This document shows positions 16,547 through 25,078 of a DNA stretch of 32,000 bases, in pieces. The position numbers and the translations under genes are program-made. Origin of the DNA: Formosa sp. Hel1_33_131 (lineage in GTDB: Bacteria; Bacteroidota; Bacteroidia; Flavobacteriales; Flavobacteriaceae); contig NZ_CP017260.1 in the NCBI RefSeq assembly GCF_001735745.1, forward strand, positions 2,010,001 to 2,042,000, read 5' to 3'. The notes beneath the pieces were generated by a model. That model ran no database searches, had not been told where the DNA came from, and worked only from the letters and a program-made list of their open reading frames with translations. The first letter of the stretch is position 1. Every line of letters begins with the position of its first letter.

Positions 16547-18259
16547 TTATTGAATAATCAATTTTTTGGTACTGCTTGTTTCATTTTGAGTTAGCTTTAT
16601 AACGTACATCCCTTTGTTAAGCGTTGATACATTCAAGCGATCATTCACGACCAAAGCATTAAGGACTCGCTTTCCAAGGACATTAAACACTGTTGCTTGA
16701 ATGGCTCCAGGGTTATTTGAAGTTATGTTTACAGAACTCCCTTTTGTGGGGTTTGGGTATAGGTTGAATTCATTTGTCTCGAATTTAGTTGATGCCAATG
16801 TTACTCCTGCAAAAGTCTCAGAGATTTTTAAGTTATCAATCAAAACACCCTCATTTGTACTGGAATCAGATTGTCTAAGTCCAAAGGAACTTATTGATGT
16901 ACCTGGATCTGCAGCATCTTCCCCCAGTATAGACGTGTCTCCTTCAGAAGCGGCATCAATCCATAGCGTTGCAATATTAAGATCTTGGTCATATTTTACA
17001 ATGATCCTATAGTCTGTATCAAAACTAAGATCGGTCGCCCAAACGGAATTTGCTGTATTGGCAACTGTTGCAATTCCAACAGAGAAATCACCTGTGCTGG
17101 ATGGAGGAACAATATCCACTTTAGCTCTGAAGCTAGAGCCTTTCAATAGTGCAAAATACTCATTGTCTGCTCCCGATATTGGTGCCATTTGAAAAATGAC
17201 AGAAAAATCAAATCCAAAATAAATTGTACCCGAAACAGCTATAATTGGCAGTACAACATCTTCACTTGGTGTCCCGTGTTGTACGACTGCTTTTCCAGAG
17301 TTCACCAAAAGGTCTCTAGCGGTACCTCCGCTCGTTTTCCAGCTACTGTTTCCAACAAGGCTTCCATCAATATACGTAAAGTTTTCTGAAATAGGTAAGG
17401 GGAGTGCGGGCACACAAACGGGTGAAGAGATACTAGAACTCAAATTACAGATAGCTCCGTCTTGAACGCTTAACACAATGTCCACCCCTTCACTGATGCC
17501 TGTGATTGTAATTGTTCCAGTTGCATCCGATGTTGGGTTCCCACTTGTCAAATCGACAGACCCAGCACTCGACATGACCGTATAGGAAGACGTTCCGCCT
17601 CCGATAAAAGCGACCTTAGCGGTATAGGAGTCAGTCCCTGAAGTGACAGCGTCGCAAGTGGTATTGATGCTTGTTAAATTTAAGTCACAAGTAGTAGCAT
17701 TATTATCTTGTCTGAATGTGATATTCTTGACTTCATAAGTGCCATCCGGTTTTCTTTGAACAGATTGGGTAACGCTTGAAGCATTTTCTTTTTCGTTGTA
17801 TTGAACACCTCCAATAACAGCCAATAAACCAGTGTCATCTGCGTCAGCGGTATCATATACAACACCACTCAATAAGTTTGCATTAGTTACTGCGGTTCCA
17901 TTTGGGAAATCACTGGCATTCCCTGTATATATGGCGACGGCATCGGCACCGTTTTGAATCTTATTTGAAGTCCCTAAATCAATATCAGAAGCTGTAGCAA
18001 GAGCAGTGTTTGCTAGAATAAATAAGCCGTTAGCACCCGTAGATTTCCCATCCAAATCATAAGCGGCATAACTGGAGTCGTTACTTCCGTTGTATAAAAC
18101 CACCACAAGACCGTCAAGGGCTGTGTTAGGAGTGTGTTTAATTTCAATAAACTCAGCAGTATCCGTCCCAGGAGTGTCAGTATCTACCTCGTTGATCACT
18201 TGTCCAAAAGACAGGGTCGTCATTATAAGTGATAAGATCAGGGTGTAGAACTGGTTCAT
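16547..18259 (-). CDS. Secreted T9SS cargo protein with an N-terminal lamin-tail-domain (LTD)-like region
   Basis: I moved the start to MNQFYTLILSLIMTTLSFGQ (signal peptide). The LTD-like stretch reads INEVDTD...AEFIEIKH...DAVAIY...VVYD. A Cys-containing Ig-like segment follows, then a roughly 200-aa module shared with the neighbouring paralog. The C-terminal sorting domain reads FNLYPNP...KLTQNETSSTKKLIIQ. Confidence 0.85.
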   Translation of the reverse strand: MNQFYTLILSLIMTTLSFGQVINEVDTDTPGTDTAEFIEIKHTPNTALDGLVVVLYNGSNDSSYAAYDLDGKSTGANGLFILANTALATASDIDLGTSNKIQNGADAVAIYTGNASDFPNGTAVTNANLLSGVVYDTADADDTGLLAVIGGVQYNEKENASSVTQSVQRKPDGTYEVKNITFRQDNNATTCDLNLTSINTTCDAVTSGTDSYTAKVAFIGGGTSSYTVMSSAGSVDLTSGNPTSDATGTITITGISEGVDIVLSVQDGAICNLSSSISSPVCVPALPLPISENFTYIDGSLVGNSSWKTSGGTARDLLVNSGKAVVQHGTPSEDVVLPIIAVSGTIYFGFDFSVIFQMAPISGADNEYFALLKGSSFRAKVDIVPPSSTGDFSVGIATVANTANSVWATDLSFDTDYRIIVKYDQDLNIATLWIDAASEGDTSILGEDAADPGTSISSFGLRQSDSSTNEGVLIDNLKISETFAGVTLASTKFETNEFNLYPNPTKGSSVNITSNNPGAIQATVFNVLGKRVLNALVVNDRLNVSTLNKGMYVIKLTQNETSSTKKLIIQ

Positions 18260-18285
18260 GCGGATAGATTTTAAAAAGGATTTCC

Positions 18286-18348
18286 CGAAATTAAAAAATG
18301 ATCCCAAATTCTCAAATTTTTTAATAATTCGTTAACAATTTATTATCA
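18286..18348 (-). promoter_or_regulatory. Candidate promoter: conserved 17-bp upstream element plus -7-like box
   Basis: Read on the minus strand: TGATAATAAATTGTTAA (18348..18332), a 38-nt spacer, TAATTTCG (18293..18286), then 26 nt to the ATG at 18259. The same element and the same 38-nt spacing occur at 20242..20304. Confidence 0.4.
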
Positions 18349-18443
18349 GTGACTTATGGGGTTTTAGCGCCATTGAGTTTAGATACCTCGACATAGTGTT
18401 TAAAGTATTTATAAATAATTAAAACAAAAAATACCTAAAACAA

Positions 18444-18473
18444 AAAGAGCGTTGCCAACTGGCAACGCTCTTT
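18444..18473 (-). terminator. Intrinsic terminator after the T9SS cargo gene at 18496..20208
   Basis: A perfect 13-bp hairpin AAAGAGCGTTGCC-AACT-GGCAACGCTCTTT. On the minus strand it is followed by UUGUUUU. Confidence 0.7.
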
Positions 18474-18495
18474 AAAAGTATTTAAAAAATTTAGA

Positions 18496-20208
18496 TTACT
18501 GAATAATCAATTTTTTAGTAGTTGTTGCAGCCCCTTGTGTCAGCTTCACAATGTAAACTCCTGTGTTAAGAGTTGATACATTTAAGCGTCCATTTGCTAC
18601 AGAAGCATTAAGAACTTGTTTTCCAAGAATGTCAAATACATTCGCTTGTACAGTTTCCGATCCAGTTGAAGAGATGTTTACAAAACCACTCTTGGCTGGG
18701 TTAGGATACAAGTTGAATGCGTTTAGAGCCTTAGGAGTCTCTGTTGATAATACGTTATAAACATCATCCCATGAAGTTCCTAATCTTAACTCATCCATAA
18801 CGATTGAAGGTGTTTCAGTTGCTGAATCCTGACGAACCATAAACTGACTTAGCGTGTTGTTAGTAGAAGTTGAAACTTCAGTAATATCAGCAGTTGGCTC
18901 TACTTCGTCCCCTTTGTTTATCCATGCACTTGTAGTGTTGTTATCAAGGTCATAACTAAATACGACTAAGATCGTTTCGTTCAATGCGTAATCAGTTGTA
19001 GGTGCATCTACTTGAGTTAAAGCACCACCAGCACTGATTCCAATTCTATAGCTAGTTGCGCTTGTTGGAGAAATCCAAAGTCTAGAAATATAACTTCCGC
19101 TATCCGTTCTTAAAACACCAAAATACCCATCAACTGCAGCGGCATCAAAAGCAGTCACTTTAAGTAAAAAACTAGCATATATTGAACCTGTACTCGTAGG
19201 AGTGTAATGTACAACAGGATCTTTTCCTGTACCATCAAATGAAATTGAACCTGCAAGCCCTGCAGTTCCTAAGTAAGAAAGGCTGCCATTTTCTGTTAAT
19301 ACCTCATCACCAGAAAAGTAGTTGGTCCAAACTTGTTGATCTCCTAAATTTTCTCCTGCTGTATATGTGAAACTTTCTACAAATGGAAGTAGTTGACTTT
19401 GGTAAGTAGTAAACGTTGAAGTTGCAGTTACAGGCGTTGAAAGTGAAGCATCACTATTATCCACAAGTTCTACAGATATACTGTGAGATCCATAAGACAA
19501 TCCAGTTAAAGCAATAGGGGTTGTGTCATATTGAGTCACACTAGCACCGCCATCAACGGAGTAATTAATATGTCCATCACCAGTGCCATTAGCGACATTA
19601 AAATTTTGAATACTTAAAGTAACGTCCACATCTTCACCTTCAGCATAATCTCCAGATCCTGGAGATACAATGGATAAAGCAGGATTGGCTACCGATTCTT
19701 TAAATACTGAGAAATCATCCCAATAAACGACACCACCAGAGTAAGTTCTGACTTCAAAATAGAAACCGTCCGCTGCCGCAGGAGCAGTTACAGTGGTTGT
19801 GTACTGTGTCCATGCACCAGCATTATTACTAAAATAAGCATCATTTGGACCTCGTAATTCACTAGCATTGTCATTTATACTTTCTCCAGCAGCTTTCCAG
19901 TAACTCCAAATTCTAGCGGTAGTCTCATCTCCAGAAGCAACTTTGTACCAAAGTGAGATCGTGTAAGAAGCACCAGGAATTATACCGGTAATTGTTTGTC
20001 CAAGATCTTTTGTTCCTCCAGTATGTTTTGCAGAGTTAGCACCTCCGTGGAATTCTACTGTTTCTTGTTCTGTGTTCTCTATTTTCGTAAAACTTGTTGG
20101 AGTGTTTGCATCGTCCCAAGATTCAAAATCGCCGTTGAGCATTATTTCTTGCCCAAAAGACAGGGTCGAAATTGTAAGCGCTAATAATAAAATGTAAATT
20201 TTTTTCAT
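18496..20208 (-). CDS. Secreted T9SS cargo protein with an N-terminal CBM-like carbohydrate-binding region
   Basis: I moved the start to MKKIYILLLALTISTLSFGQ (signal peptide). The NGDFESW... jelly-roll segment resembles CBM4_9-type modules. A middle Ig-like segment follows, then a roughly 200-aa module shared with the paralog. The C-terminal sorting domain reads FNLYPNP...KLTQGAATTTKKLIIQ. Confidence 0.85.
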   Translation of the reverse strand: MKKIYILLLALTISTLSFGQEIMLNGDFESWDDANTPTSFTKIENTEQETVEFHGGANSAKHTGGTKDLGQTITGIIPGASYTISLWYKVASGDETTARIWSYWKAAGESINDNASELRGPNDAYFSNNAGAWTQYTTTVTAPAAADGFYFEVRTYSGGVVYWDDFSVFKESVANPALSIVSPGSGDYAEGEDVDVTLSIQNFNVANGTGDGHINYSVDGGASVTQYDTTPIALTGLSYGSHSISVELVDNSDASLSTPVTATSTFTTYQSQLLPFVESFTYTAGENLGDQQVWTNYFSGDEVLTENGSLSYLGTAGLAGSISFDGTGKDPVVHYTPTSTGSIYASFLLKVTAFDAAAVDGYFGVLRTDSGSYISRLWISPTSATSYRIGISAGGALTQVDAPTTDYALNETILVVFSYDLDNNTTSAWINKGDEVEPTADITEVSTSTNNTLSQFMVRQDSATETPSIVMDELRLGTSWDDVYNVLSTETPKALNAFNLYPNPAKSGFVNISSTGSETVQANVFDILGKQVLNASVANGRLNVSTLNTGVYIVKLTQGAATTTKKLIIQ

Positions 20209-20241
20209 AATTAAAAAGTTTTTGGTTAAATTTTGTTGACT

Positions 20242-20313
20242 CAAATATAGAAAAGATTAAACAAATATTAAATAGTTTCCTAATTACTTAACAATTTATT
20301 ATCAACAATTTAT
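20242..20313 (-). promoter_or_regulatory. Candidate promoter: conserved 17-bp upstream element (within a 10-bp direct repeat) plus -7 box
   Basis: Read on the minus strand: TGATAATAAATTGTTAA (20304..20288), a 38-nt spacer, TATATTTG (20249..20242, an exact TAnnTTTG match), then 33 nt to the ATG at 20208. On the plus strand AACAATTTAT occurs twice (20290..20299 and 20304..20313). Confidence 0.4.
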
Positions 20314-20433
20314 GAGATTCTCGGTTCGTTATATTAACATTATCATGTTGTTACTAAAGTGTTATTAAATTTATATGTTTCGTTACGGCACGTAATTTTC
20401 CTATCTTTATAAAAAATATGATACTTTAAATAA

Positions 20434-21123
20434 ATGAGTAACGCGTCTATAAAAATCCTGTTGGTTGATGATGAGCCAGATATCTTAGAGATTTTAAGTT
20501 ATAATCTATCAGCGGAAGGTTATCACATTTCAACAGCTTTTAATGGTATCGAAGCCGTGAAAAAAGCTAAAAAACACCAACCGCATCTGATTATTATGGA
20601 TGTGATGATGCCCGAAATGGATGGCATCGAAGCCTGTGAAAAAATCCGAACCCTTCCCGAACTAAAAAATACCATTATCACTTTTTTAACCGCGCGTGGC
20701 GAAGATTATTCCCAAGTCGCTGGATTTGAAGCAGGAGCCGATGATTACATTACAAAACCCATCAAACCAAAAGTGTTGGTCAGTAAAATCAAATCGTTAC
20801 TCAGACGTCTGAACGATGCTGCGCCCGAAGTAAATTCAGAAGTGATGAACATAGGTGATTTAACCATCGACAGAGAAGCTTATAAAATCATTTCTAAAGG
20901 CGTCGAAATTGTGTTGCCACGAAAAGAATTTGAATTGTTATCTTTGCTCGCATCCAAACCTGGGAAAGTATTTAAAAGAGACGAAATTCTCGATAAAGTA
21001 TGGGGAAATGAAGTCGTTGTTGGTGGGCGAACCATTGATGTACACATCCGAAAACTGCGCGAAAAAATTGGAGATGATTCTTTTAAAACAATCAAAGGAG
21101 TAGGGTATAAGTTTCAATCTTGA
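20434..21123 (+). CDS. Response regulator transcription factor, OmpR/PhoB family
   Basis: 229 aa with a receiver domain (DDEPD, phospho-acceptor context IIMDVMMPEMDG, and K in ITKPI) and a winged-helix output domain (RTIDVHIRKLREK...GVGYKF). Confidence 0.93.
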   Translation: MSNASIKILLVDDEPDILEILSYNLSAEGYHISTAFNGIEAVKKAKKHQPHLIIMDVMMPEMDGIEACEKIRTLPELKNTIITFLTARGEDYSQVAGFEAGADDYITKPIKPKVLVSKIKSLLRRLNDAAPEVNSEVMNIGDLTIDREAYKIISKGVEIVLPRKEFELLSLLASKPGKVFKRDEILDKVWGNEVVVGGRTIDVHIRKLREKIGDDSFKTIKGVGYKFQS

Positions 21124-22169
21124 TGGACACTAAAATTAAAAACTCTCATAAATTTTCTATACTAACAGCGTTGTTCATAACGGTTACACAAACGCTCTTA
21201 TTGGGTGTTTTTTTGTTTAGCTTTTCCCACGTAGAAGCGTCTTTTCTTTTATTCTGGTTCCTCTGTTCGTTTATGTTGACTTATCTAATCCTTCATTTAC
21301 GACTTGAAACTTATGTCTTTAATAGTATCAAAAACATCTACAGAGATCTAACACTTTTAGATGCAGCTTCTTTTAATACCAGTCCAATCACTACCGATAT
21401 GGAAAGCTTGTCTAAAGAAATTGACACCTATGCCAAGAACAAAAAATTAGAATTAGAGGCCTTAAAAATCCGAGAAGAATACCGAAAAGAATTTATAGGC
21501 AATGTGTCTCACGAACTGAAAACCCCGCTTTTTACAGTGCAAGGGTATATTTCAACACTGATTGATGGCGCAGCAGACGACCCAAAAATTAGAGATAAAT
21601 ATCTCAAACGGGCTGATAAAGGCGTCGACCGATTGATCTATATTGTGAAGGATTTAGACATGATTACCAAACTAGAAGTGGGCGATGCGAACCTCACCCT
21701 TGAAACATTCAACATCATTGAATCCATCACCAATGTGTTTGATTTGCTCGAAATTAAAGCAGAAAAGAAAAACATCTCCTTATTATTAGATACAAATTAT
21801 CCAGTCCCTATTTTGGTGACTGCCGATCGTCAACGCATCCAGCAGGTGCTTACCAATTTGGTGGTCAACTCTATTAAATACGGACATCAAAATGGTACCA
21901 CCGAAATTAGTGTAGAAAATTTAAATTCGGACAAACTCATTGTTCGAGTGACTGATAATGGCGAAGGCGTCGAAAGTAGCCATTTAACGCGGCTGTTTGA
22001 GCGTTTTTATCGCGTCGATAAAAGTGGCTCTCGAGAAGAAGGCGGTTCTGGTCTTGGCTTGTCCATCGTAAAACACATCATTGAAGCCCACGAGGAAAAG
22101 ATCTATGTGGAAAGCAAATTTGGGATTGGAAGTGAATTCTCCTTTACACTTCAAAAACAAAACGAGTAA
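21123..22169 (+). CDS. Sensor histidine kinase (HisKA + HATPase_c) with a minimal membrane anchor
   Basis: I take the ATG at 21123, which overlaps the regulator stop by 1 nt; the ORF track begins at the TTG at 21120. Motifs present are the H-box FIGNVSHELKTPL, N-box LVVNSIKYG, G1 DNGEGV and G2 GGSGLGLSIV. Two TM helices are joined by a loop of about 6 residues. Confidence 0.9.
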   Translation: MDTKIKNSHKFSILTALFITVTQTLLLGVFLFSFSHVEASFLLFWFLCSFMLTYLILHLRLETYVFNSIKNIYRDLTLLDAASFNTSPITTDMESLSKEIDTYAKNKKLELEALKIREEYRKEFIGNVSHELKTPLFTVQGYISTLIDGAADDPKIRDKYLKRADKGVDRLIYIVKDLDMITKLEVGDANLTLETFNIIESITNVFDLLEIKAEKKNISLLLDTNYPVPILVTADRQRIQQVLTNLVVNSIKYGHQNGTTEISVENLNSDKLIVRVTDNGEGVESSHLTRLFERFYRVDKSGSREEGGSGLGLSIVKHIIEAHEEKIYVESKFGIGSEFSFTLQKQNE

Positions 22170-22209
22170 TCCAGATTACTTTCCGTATTTTTGCCAAAAA
22201 TTATTAGAA

Positions 22210-22884
22210 GTGGGCAGTAAAAATAAACTCAAACGATTCAATGAAAACGATACATTTCACAATGTATTTCAACCCAAACGCGAAGATTTAGTCGATGCGG
22301 TCTATCCGCTTAAGGGACAATGGAATCAGCAATTTTTTAAAAACAACAATCCGTTGGTCTTAGAACTCGGATGTGGAAAAGGCGAATATACCGTGGGACT
22401 TGCGGAACGCTATCCCAATAAAAATTTTATTGGAATCGATATTAAAGGCGCCCGATTTTGGAGAGGCGCCAAAACCGCCATTGAAAACGAGCTTCCCAAT
22501 GTGGCTTTTATTCGTGCGCAAATAGAATTGGTAGAACAACTGTTCGCGACAAATGAGGTCGATGAAATCTGGATTACATTTCCAGACCCACAAATAAAAT
22601 ACAAGCGTACCAAACACAGAATGACCAACGATGCGTTTTTGAAACGTTATAAAAATATCCTAAACGATGATGGGATCGTGCATCTAAAAACAGACAGCGA
22701 ATTCATGCACGGCTATACCTTAGGGCTTTTGCATGGACAAGGACATGAGGTGCAATATGCCAACCACGATGTGTACCGCCAAGAAGGCAGCCCCGAAGAA
22801 GTGACTGCCATTCAAACCTTTTATGAAAACCAGTATTTAGCCACTCAAAAAGCAATTACGTATATTAGATTTAAAATCAATTAA
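22210..22884 (+). CDS. trmB: tRNA (guanine-N7)-methyltransferase
   Basis: A GTG start at 22210 gives MGSKNKLKRFNEN..., which avoids the overlap with the kinase gene seen in the longer ORF. The SAM motif LELGCGKGEY is present, and the size (224 aa) is typical of TrmB. Confidence 0.88.
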   Translation: MGSKNKLKRFNENDTFHNVFQPKREDLVDAVYPLKGQWNQQFFKNNNPLVLELGCGKGEYTVGLAERYPNKNFIGIDIKGARFWRGAKTAIENELPNVAFIRAQIELVEQLFATNEVDEIWITFPDPQIKYKRTKHRMTNDAFLKRYKNILNDDGIVHLKTDSEFMHGYTLGLLHGQGHEVQYANHDVYRQEGSPEEVTAIQTFYENQYLATQKAITYIRFKIN

Positions 22885-22887
22885 ATT

Positions 22888-23517
22888 TTGGATATATCTA
22901 TTGTATTTCTTTTGGGTCTTTCGTTCGCTTTTGTCGGAGTCATTCCTCCCGGAATGCTCAATATGTCGGCGGCCAAAATCAGCCTAAAAGAAGGGCACGT
23001 CCGAGGCTTTGTGTTCTCGATTGGTGTTTGTGTCATTGTAGGCGTTCAAACCTATTTAGCATTGATATTTGCCAAATACTTGAACCAACACCCCGATGTG
23101 ATTGATGTTCTAAAACGAGTTGCATTGGTTCTTTTTATTTTAATTTCAATCTACTTTTTTCTCCTAGCCAAAAGCAATGCAACCCCCCAAGAAGTTGACA
23201 CTTTTAAAAGCAAAAAAAGTCGCTTTTTTCAAGGTATATTGATGTCTGCCCTTAATGTATTTCCGATTCCCTATCAAGCGTATATCGTCACAACATTGTT
23301 GTCATACCAATTACTTTCATTGGACAATCTCTCTATAGGATCCTATATTGCAGGCGCAACTTCAGGAACTTTTATAGCCCTTTATATTTACATATTATTT
23401 TTTGATAAAATTAAAAGTTCAAAAATCACATCGCCCAAGCGGATGAATTATAGCATTGGAATTATTACCGCAATCGTCTCGATTACGACCTTGATAAACA
23501 TCCTAAAGACCCCCTAG
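22888..23517 (+). CDS. LysE-type translocator family membrane protein
   Basis: 209 aa with about 6 TM helices. A TTG start is needed to keep the first TM helix (VGVIPPGMLNM). This is a family-level resemblance only. Confidence 0.65.
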   Translation: MDISIVFLLGLSFAFVGVIPPGMLNMSAAKISLKEGHVRGFVFSIGVCVIVGVQTYLALIFAKYLNQHPDVIDVLKRVALVLFILISIYFFLLAKSNATPQEVDTFKSKKSRFFQGILMSALNVFPIPYQAYIVTTLLSYQLLSLDNLSIGSYIAGATSGTFIALYIYILFFDKIKSSKITSPKRMNYSIGIITAIVSITTLINILKTP

Positions 23518-23522
23518 TTTAT

Positions 23523-23849
23523 ATGCACACAGAACCTCATTTTTTTGATAAATGTTACGAGGTAGCGCGCCAAATTCCTTATGGTCGAGTCACTAGTTAT
23601 GGTGCCATTGCCACTTACCTTGGGGCTGCGCGAAGTGCACGCATGGTTGGTTATGCCATGACGGCTTCTCACGGGAAAGATGTCCCCGCACATCGAGTGG
23701 TGAACCGAATAGGTCTATTGACTGGAAAACACCATTTTGAAGGCACCAACCTGATGCAGCAATTATTAGAAAACGAAGGCTTACAGATTATAGACAACCA
23801 AATTCAAGAATTTGAAGCTGTGTTTTGGGATCCTGCAAAAGAACTCTAG
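23523..23849 (+). CDS. MGMT-family alkyltransferase-like (ATL) protein
   Basis: 108 aa, consisting only of the DNA-binding domain of O6-alkylguanine-DNA alkyltransferase. The active-site motif reads PAHRV (23685..23699) instead of PCHRV. Confidence 0.85.
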   Translation: MHTEPHFFDKCYEVARQIPYGRVTSYGAIATYLGAARSARMVGYAMTASHGKDVPAHRVVNRIGLLTGKHHFEGTNLMQQLLENEGLQIIDNQIQEFEAVFWDPAKEL

Positions 23850-23939
23850 TTTTATAGTGTATCATTTCCTAAAATCCACTTCTGTTTTAAAACATTTCAC
23901 TGTATATTTGTACTTTAGAATCCATCTAAATTAGAAACT

Positions 23940-25073
23940 TTGAAATTTAACAAACAAGATATTGAGCAAGCGCTCAAAACGATCACAGTTCCAGGCGAAG
24001 GTCAAAATATGATCGAAAGCAAAGCTGTCAAAAATATAATGGTTTTTGCAGATGAGGTCATTGTGGACATCACCATTTCCAATCCAAGCCTACAAGCCAA
24101 AAAACGAACGGAAGTTGACATCCTCAAAACCATTCATGAGTTGGTATATGCCAAAGCAAAAATTCAAGTGAATGTAAAAGTGGAAGCAGTAACTCAACCT
24201 AAAAATGAAATCAAAGGGAAGACCATTCCTGGAATTCAGAATATAGTCGCCGTTGCTTCTGGAAAAGGAGGCGTTGGTAAATCGACCGTGACTTCGAACC
24301 TTGCAGTGACACTTTCCAAAATGGGATTCAAAGTAGGGATTTTAGATGCCGATATTTATGGGCCATCCATTCCTATTATGTTTGATGTCCAAAACGAAAA
24401 ACCTCTTGCGGTCAATGTTGATGGAAAATCAAAAATGAAACCTGTTGAAAGTTACGGTGTTAAAATTTTATCCATAGGATTTTTCACAAAGTCCGATCAA
24501 GCGGTTGTTTGGAGAGGGCCGATGGCTTCAAAAGCATTGAATCAAATGATTTTTGATGCAGCTTGGGGAGAATTGGATTTTCTTCTTATTGATTTACCTC
24601 CGGGAACAGGAGACATTCATTTGAGTATTATGCAATCCCTACCAATCACAGGCGCGGTCGTGGTAAGTACTCCACAAACCGTGGCACTTGCCGATGCCAA
24701 AAAAGGCGTTGCCATGTTTCAACAAGAAAGTATCAATGTGCCCGTTTTAGGAATCATTGAAAATATGGCCTATTTCACTCCAGAAGAATTGCCGGATAAC
24801 AAATATTTTTTATTCGGAAAAGAAGGTGCGAAGCATTTGGCCGAAGATTTAAAGATTCCATTTTTAGGAGAAATTCCTTTGGTACAGAGTGTCAGAGAAG
24901 CAGGAGATTTAGGCCGACCAGCCGCCATGCAAGAGCACACTCCTATTGAAGCAGCTTTCAATACAATCACTCAAAATGTAGCGCAAGAAGTAGTGCGTAG
25001 AAATACAGCATTGCCTCCTACAGATGCAATTAAAATAACCACGATGGCAGGCTGTTCTGCGGTCAAAAAATAA
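23940..25073 (+). CDS. Mrp/NBP35 family ATP-binding protein (Fe-S cluster carrier family) with an N-terminal DUF59-like domain
   Basis: 377 aa starting at a TTG (MKFNKQDIEQAL...). It has a deviant Walker A (ASGKGGVGKST) and the DLPPGTGD motif. The canonical CxxC is absent, and the protein has a single Cys near the C-terminus. Confidence 0.92.
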   Translation: MKFNKQDIEQALKTITVPGEGQNMIESKAVKNIMVFADEVIVDITISNPSLQAKKRTEVDILKTIHELVYAKAKIQVNVKVEAVTQPKNEIKGKTIPGIQNIVAVASGKGGVGKSTVTSNLAVTLSKMGFKVGILDADIYGPSIPIMFDVQNEKPLAVNVDGKSKMKPVESYGVKILSIGFFTKSDQAVVWRGPMASKALNQMIFDAAWGELDFLLIDLPPGTGDIHLSIMQSLPITGAVVVSTPQTVALADAKKGVAMFQQESINVPVLGIIENMAYFTPEELPDNKYFLFGKEGAKHLAEDLKIPFLGEIPLVQSVREAGDLGRPAAMQEHTPIEAAFNTITQNVAQEVVRRNTALPPTDAIKITTMAGCSAVKK

Positions 25074-25078
25074 AGGCT

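Noticed and set aside
18260-18307. Upstream Met extensions of signal-peptide proteins (also 20209..20244, 8956..8994 and 27469..27498)
   Set aside because: In each case an internal Met begins a canonical signal peptide or lipobox. The longer forms would bury it, and at 27469..27498 the longer form would overlap the neighbouring gene.
16547-20208. The cargo gene pair considered as a diversity-generating retroelement target, or as a phase-variable (invertible or homopolymer-controlled) locus
   Set aside because: There is no reverse transcriptase or template repeat, no inverted repeats flanking the promoters, and no long homopolymer or short tandem repeat in the 5' coding regions.
20312-20368. 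18-codon mini-ORF (MRFSVRYINIIMLLLKCY) upstream of the response regulator, considered as a possible leader peptide
   Set aside because: It has no associated attenuator structure and no regulatory codon bias. A frame of this size is expected by chance in an AT-rich spacer.
22081-22209. N-terminal extension of the trmB ORF that overlaps the histidine kinase by 89 nt
   Set aside because: The extension has no TrmB-like sequence. A GTG at 22210 yields the typical MGxKNKL... start without overlap.
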